A stretch of 32,000 nt of DNA from Prochlorococcus marinus subsp. pastoris str. CCMP1986 (lineage in GTDB: Bacteria; Cyanobacteriota; Cyanobacteriia; PCC-6307; Cyanobiaceae): the NCBI RefSeq assembly GCF_000011465.1, contig NC_005072.1:1350001-1382000 (forward strand), in the 5' to 3' direction. The notes beneath the pieces were generated by a model. That model did no database searches and was not told where the DNA came from. It saw only the letters and a list, made by a program, of their open reading frames with translations. Position 1 is the first letter of the stretch. Each line of letters starts with the position of its first letter. Position numbers and translations under genes: made by a program. Positions 28,576-32,000 of the stretch are shown in pieces.

Positions 28576-29901
28576 TCAATACTCTAAATCAGAAATTTCT
28601 TTAAGTGCGGCGAAGCTAAGAATTTCTGGCTCTTTTTCATTTACAAGGACATCATCTTCTATTCTTATTCCTATACCTTTCCATTTTTCTTCAATAGTAG
28701 GTTGACCTTCTGGAACGGGAATTCTGTCACTTATGTAAATACCTGGTTCGACAGTAAGTATCATCCCATTCTGTAAGGGAACATCATATTCTCCCATCCT
28801 ATATGCACCAACATCGTGAACATCTAAACCAAGCCAATGTCCAGTTCTATGCATATATAAATGTTTATAAGATCCGTTTTCAATTATTCCATCAGTATCT
28901 CCTCTTAATAGTCCAATTTCTTTTAATCCCTCTACCAGAATTCTCAAAGCAATATTATGAACGTTAGTAGAATTAGATCCTTTAACAGAATTTTTGATTG
29001 CATTTTTTTGTGCTTCTAAAACAATTTCATAAATAAGTTTCTGCTCCTTAGAAAATTTACCACCGATAGGAAAAGTTCTTGTAATATCACCATTGTAATA
29101 ATCAATTAATGAACAACCTGCATCTACTAATAATAAATCCCCATTATTCAGCTCAGAGTTATTTAATGTGTAATGCAAAATGCATGCATTATCACCTGAA
29201 GCAACGATAGAGTTATAAGCAGGACCTCTTGCACCTTTTTCTAAAAAGAATCCTTCTATTAATCCTTGAATTTGTCTTTCATTTTTCTTTGATGAAATAG
29301 ATTCCCTTACTAATTCATGGGCTTCAGCTGAAATTTGAGTAGCCTCTCTCATTCTATTTATTTCAAAATCACTTTTAATTAAGCGCATTTCATTGAGATA
29401 TATTTCAGGCGATTTTATAGAATTTGCTCCTATTCCTACCCTTGACCTAGCTTCTTGTTGTTGAGAAAATATTTCCAAAACAATTTTTTCAACTTTGCTA
29501 TGTTTACCAATTGAATAAACAATCTCTTCTGATTCACCGATATAAACTGGAAGCAGATCCTTAAACTCATTAATTGAATGAGCTTTATCAGCCTTAAATT
29601 CTCTTTCGGCACCTTCTATTCCCCACCTAAAGCCATGCCATACCTCACCTAAAATATCCTTTGGAGCAACAAACAAAATAAACCTTTCCCCTTTTGGCTT
29701 ATGAGATAAGAAAAGAGCAATAGAATCAGGCTCATCAAAGCCAGTCAGATACCAAAAATTACTGTCTTGTCTAAAAGGATATTCACAATCTGCATGATGC
29801 CTAACCAAGCTAGAACTTGGAATAATAGCAGCTTTGCCATTTAATTTTTTGAAGAAAATTTCTCTTCTTTCTTCAAATACTCTACAGTCAGGTTTAAACA
29901 T
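28576..29901 (-). CDS. pepP: Xaa-Pro aminopeptidase (aminopeptidase P)
   Basis: LLVDAGCSLIDYYNGDITRTFPIGGKF, HRTGHWLGLDVHDVG, LTVEPGIYI, GIGIRIEDDVLV. Confidence 0.95.
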   Translation of the reverse strand: MFKPDCRVFEERREIFFKKLNGKAAIIPSSSLVRHHADCEYPFRQDSNFWYLTGFDEPDSIALFLSHKPKGERFILFVAPKDILGEVWHGFRWGIEGAEREFKADKAHSINEFKDLLPVYIGESEEIVYSIGKHSKVEKIVLEIFSQQQEARSRVGIGANSIKSPEIYLNEMRLIKSDFEINRMREATQISAEAHELVRESISSKKNERQIQGLIEGFFLEKGARGPAYNSIVASGDNACILHYTLNNSELNNGDLLLVDAGCSLIDYYNGDITRTFPIGGKFSKEQKLIYEIVLEAQKNAIKNSVKGSNSTNVHNIALRILVEGLKEIGLLRGDTDGIIENGSYKHLYMHRTGHWLGLDVHDVGAYRMGEYDVPLQNGMILTVEPGIYISDRIPVPEGQPTIEEKWKGIGIRIEDDVLVNEKEPEILSFAALKEISDLEY

Positions 29902-29975
29902 AAAATTTTGGATTGGCGAATTTTATAAAAAAATGGAAGAATGAATTAGAAGATATTTAAAAACTAATCTTTTTA

Positions 29976-30953
29976 ATGGAACCAAATGTCTACATTCTAA
30001 TTTTACTTATAATTATAATTTTAGTAGGTTCAGCATGTTGTTCAGGAGTAGAAGCAGCTTTTTTAGCAGTCAATTCAATAAGGATTTTAGAATTAGCATC
30101 AAAACAAAAACCCAAGAGTTCTGCAAATCAACTACTTAAACTTAGAAAACATCTTGGGAGAACTTTAACTGTAATTACCATAACTAATAATGGGTTTAAC
30201 ATAATTGGTAGTCTCCTTTTAGGAGTCTATGGGGCACTAATAATTAAAAGTAGTTTGGGATTAACATTATTTTCAATCGCTTTTTATGTATTAGTTGTAT
30301 TACTTGGCGAAGTACTTCCAAAAGCATTAGGTACAAGATTTTCCCTACAAATAGCCATGTTTTCTGTTCCTATTTTGAGGATGTTAAATAGTTTAATGAG
30401 GCCATTTTTATTATTAATAGAACAATTATTTCCTGTTATAACTGCGGAGAACGAAATATCGACTGATGAAGCAGAGATTAGACAAATGGCGAAAATAGGC
30501 TCACAGAAGGGATTTATAGAGGCTGATGAAGCAGAAATGATACTTAAGGTTTTTCAATTAAATGACTTAAAAGCGAAAGATTTAATGATCCCAAGAGTGT
30601 CAGCGCCTAGTCTTGATGGGTCCTCAAATCTTGATGAAATTTCCAAACTTATAATTTCAAATAATTCTCCATGGTGGGTTGTTTTGGGAGATAAAGTTGA
30701 CAAAATACAAGGGATAGCTAAACGTGAGAACTTACTAACTAGTCTTATCAAAGGAGAAAATAAAAAATTAATATCTGAATTATGTGATCCTGTCGACTAC
30801 ATCCCGGAAATGATAAAAGTAGACAAGTTGTTAACAAGATTTGACAAGGATCATAAAGGAGTGAAAGTAGTAGTAGATGAATTTGGAGGATTCGTGGGAA
30901 TAATCGGATCAGAAGCTGTGCTCTCGGTATTGGCAGGTTGGTGGAAAGAATAA
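29976..30953 (+). CDS. CNNM/CorC-type transporter (DUF21 plus CBS domains)
   Basis: SACCSGVEAAFLAVNSIRI..L, LLGEVLPKALG, VFQLNDLKAKDLMIPR, VVVDEFGGFVGII. Confidence 0.92.
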   Translation: MEPNVYILILLIIIILVGSACCSGVEAAFLAVNSIRILELASKQKPKSSANQLLKLRKHLGRTLTVITITNNGFNIIGSLLLGVYGALIIKSSLGLTLFSIAFYVLVVLLGEVLPKALGTRFSLQIAMFSVPILRMLNSLMRPFLLLIEQLFPVITAENEISTDEAEIRQMAKIGSQKGFIEADEAEMILKVFQLNDLKAKDLMIPRVSAPSLDGSSNLDEISKLIISNNSPWWVVLGDKVDKIQGIAKRENLLTSLIKGENKKLISELCDPVDYIPEMIKVDKLLTRFDKDHKGVKVVVDEFGGFVGIIGSEAVLSVLAGWWKE

Positions 30954-30955
30954 AA

Positions 30956-32000
30956 ATGAAGCAAATTAATATTGATAAAAGTTATTTACTTTTGAAAAAA
31001 TGGTGGGAAAGTATTGATCTTACAAACTATGAAAAATGTAATTTAAACAATGAAATTATTTCTTTAAATCAACAACTTTTCAGACTTAACGAAAAGCAAT
31101 TAAGAATTGGAATATATGGCAAAGCAGGAGTTGGTAAATCCTCTATTTTGAATTTAATATTAAATAAAAACGTATTTAAGACAGGCATTATAAATGGGAC
31201 CACAAAAAATATTGAAAGGGAAGAGTGGAATTTCAAGCATCAAAGTCTAAGAACAATCGAATTAATTGATGCTCCAGGCTTTGATTTTTGTGACATCAAA
31301 GATCCAGAAAATATATTCTCGCAAATCAATAGTTCAGAACTAATTTTATTTACAATAACTGGAGATATAAACAGAAATGAAGTATCTCAAATCAATTCAT
31401 TTATTAAGAATGGGAAAAAAATTATTCTTGTTTTTAATAAAATTGATATGTGGGAAGGGCATGATTTAAAAGAAATTTTAAAAAATATAAGGTTAAAACT
31501 TCCACAATATATAAAAATCCCGATAATAATAAATTCGAAAAATAATATTAGGAACCAGTTAAGTGAGTTAATTAATAATTATGGAGAAAGTCTATTGACT
31601 TTAAACTCTCTTCAATTAGCTGATAAATTATTCTTAAAAATAAAAGAACAAAGATTAAAAAAAAGACAACGCGAAGCTCAATCGATTATAGGTAAATTTG
31701 CAACAATAAAAGCATCAGGTGTAGCATTGAATCCATTGATTTTGCTTGATATTGCAGGAGGTTTTGCATTAGATACTGCATTAGTTAGTGAGTTGAGCAA
31801 AGTTTATGGATTAAATCTTAAAGGTGAATCAGTACGAAAAATCATCAAAAAGATTTCTATAAATAATATCTTCCTTGGAGCCACTCAAGTTGGTATAAAT
31901 ACATCTTTTAATTTATTGCGTAAAATTTTCTTGGCCACTGCTCCTTTTACAAATGGTTTATCATTATTACCCTACGGACCTATTGCTATTGTACAAGCAG
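30956..32000 (+). CDS. GTPase with C-terminal DUF697-like membrane region (runs off the window)
   Basis: Manual translation: GIYGKAGVGKSSILNLILNK (P-loop), IELIDAPGFDF (G3), FNKIDMW (G4), then hydrophobic ASGVALNPLILLDIAGGFALDTALV. Confidence 0.85.
   Translation, partial: MKQINIDKSYLLLKKWWESIDLTNYEKCNLNNEIISLNQQLFRLNEKQLRIGIYGKAGVGKSSILNLILNKNVFKTGIINGTTKNIEREEWNFKHQSLRTIELIDAPGFDFCDIKDPENIFSQINSSELILFTITGDINRNEVSQINSFIKNGKKIILVFNKIDMWEGHDLKEILKNIRLKLPQYIKIPIIINSKNNIRNQLSELINNYGESLLTLNSLQLADKLFLKIKEQRLKKRQREAQSIIGKFATIKASGVALNPLILLDIAGGFALDTALVSELSKVYGLNLKGESVRKIIKKISINNIFLGATQVGINTSFNLLRKIFLATAPFTNGLSLLPYGPIAIVQA

Noticed and set aside
30554-30751. 65-aa minus-strand ORF
   Set aside because: Antisense within the CBS-domain transporter.

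Overview
AT-rich marine picocyanobacterial DNA, most consistent with high-light-type Prochlorococcus (inferred from gene content and composition). It has two parts. From about 17.6 kb to the end it is an ordinary core block: EVE-domain protein, DUF2811, DUF1818, rpoZ, Hsp70-like, pyrR, gpmI, secG, groL/groS, atpD/atpC, PSRP-3/Ycf65, pepP, a CNNM/CorC-type CBS transporter and a DUF697-type GTPase. From about 1 to 17.4 kb it is accessory-looking DNA full of small, often secreted or membrane ORFs. The main observation is a set of dispersed DNA-level modules in the accessory part. (A) A signal-peptide-coding sequence, ATGAAACGCTTACTACTTCCACTACTAGCTGCTCTCGC..., occurs about 8 times. It often starts exactly at the previous gene's stop codon, and two copies are orphan mini-ORFs. 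(B) A near-palindrome, GATTGACAGTCGATCTAAAATA, sits next to stop codons and is often followed by a hairpin and U-tract that runs straight into the next start codon. (C, D) Two further intergenic repeat families of about 60 bp exist, and D lies in the leaders of two unrelated small ORFs with strong Shine-Dalgarno sites. I also see a compact minus-strand operon of MauE-like, DUF411, DUF3721 and PepSY-like proteins (candidate metal/redox system), a 3 x 23-bp direct-repeat array upstream of a large secreted protein, and several small ORFs missing from the supplied track (Hli, a PsbY-like protein and others). No transposase, integrase, CRISPR array, rRNA or tRNA could be supported. Family calls are from motif recognition only; no searches were run.
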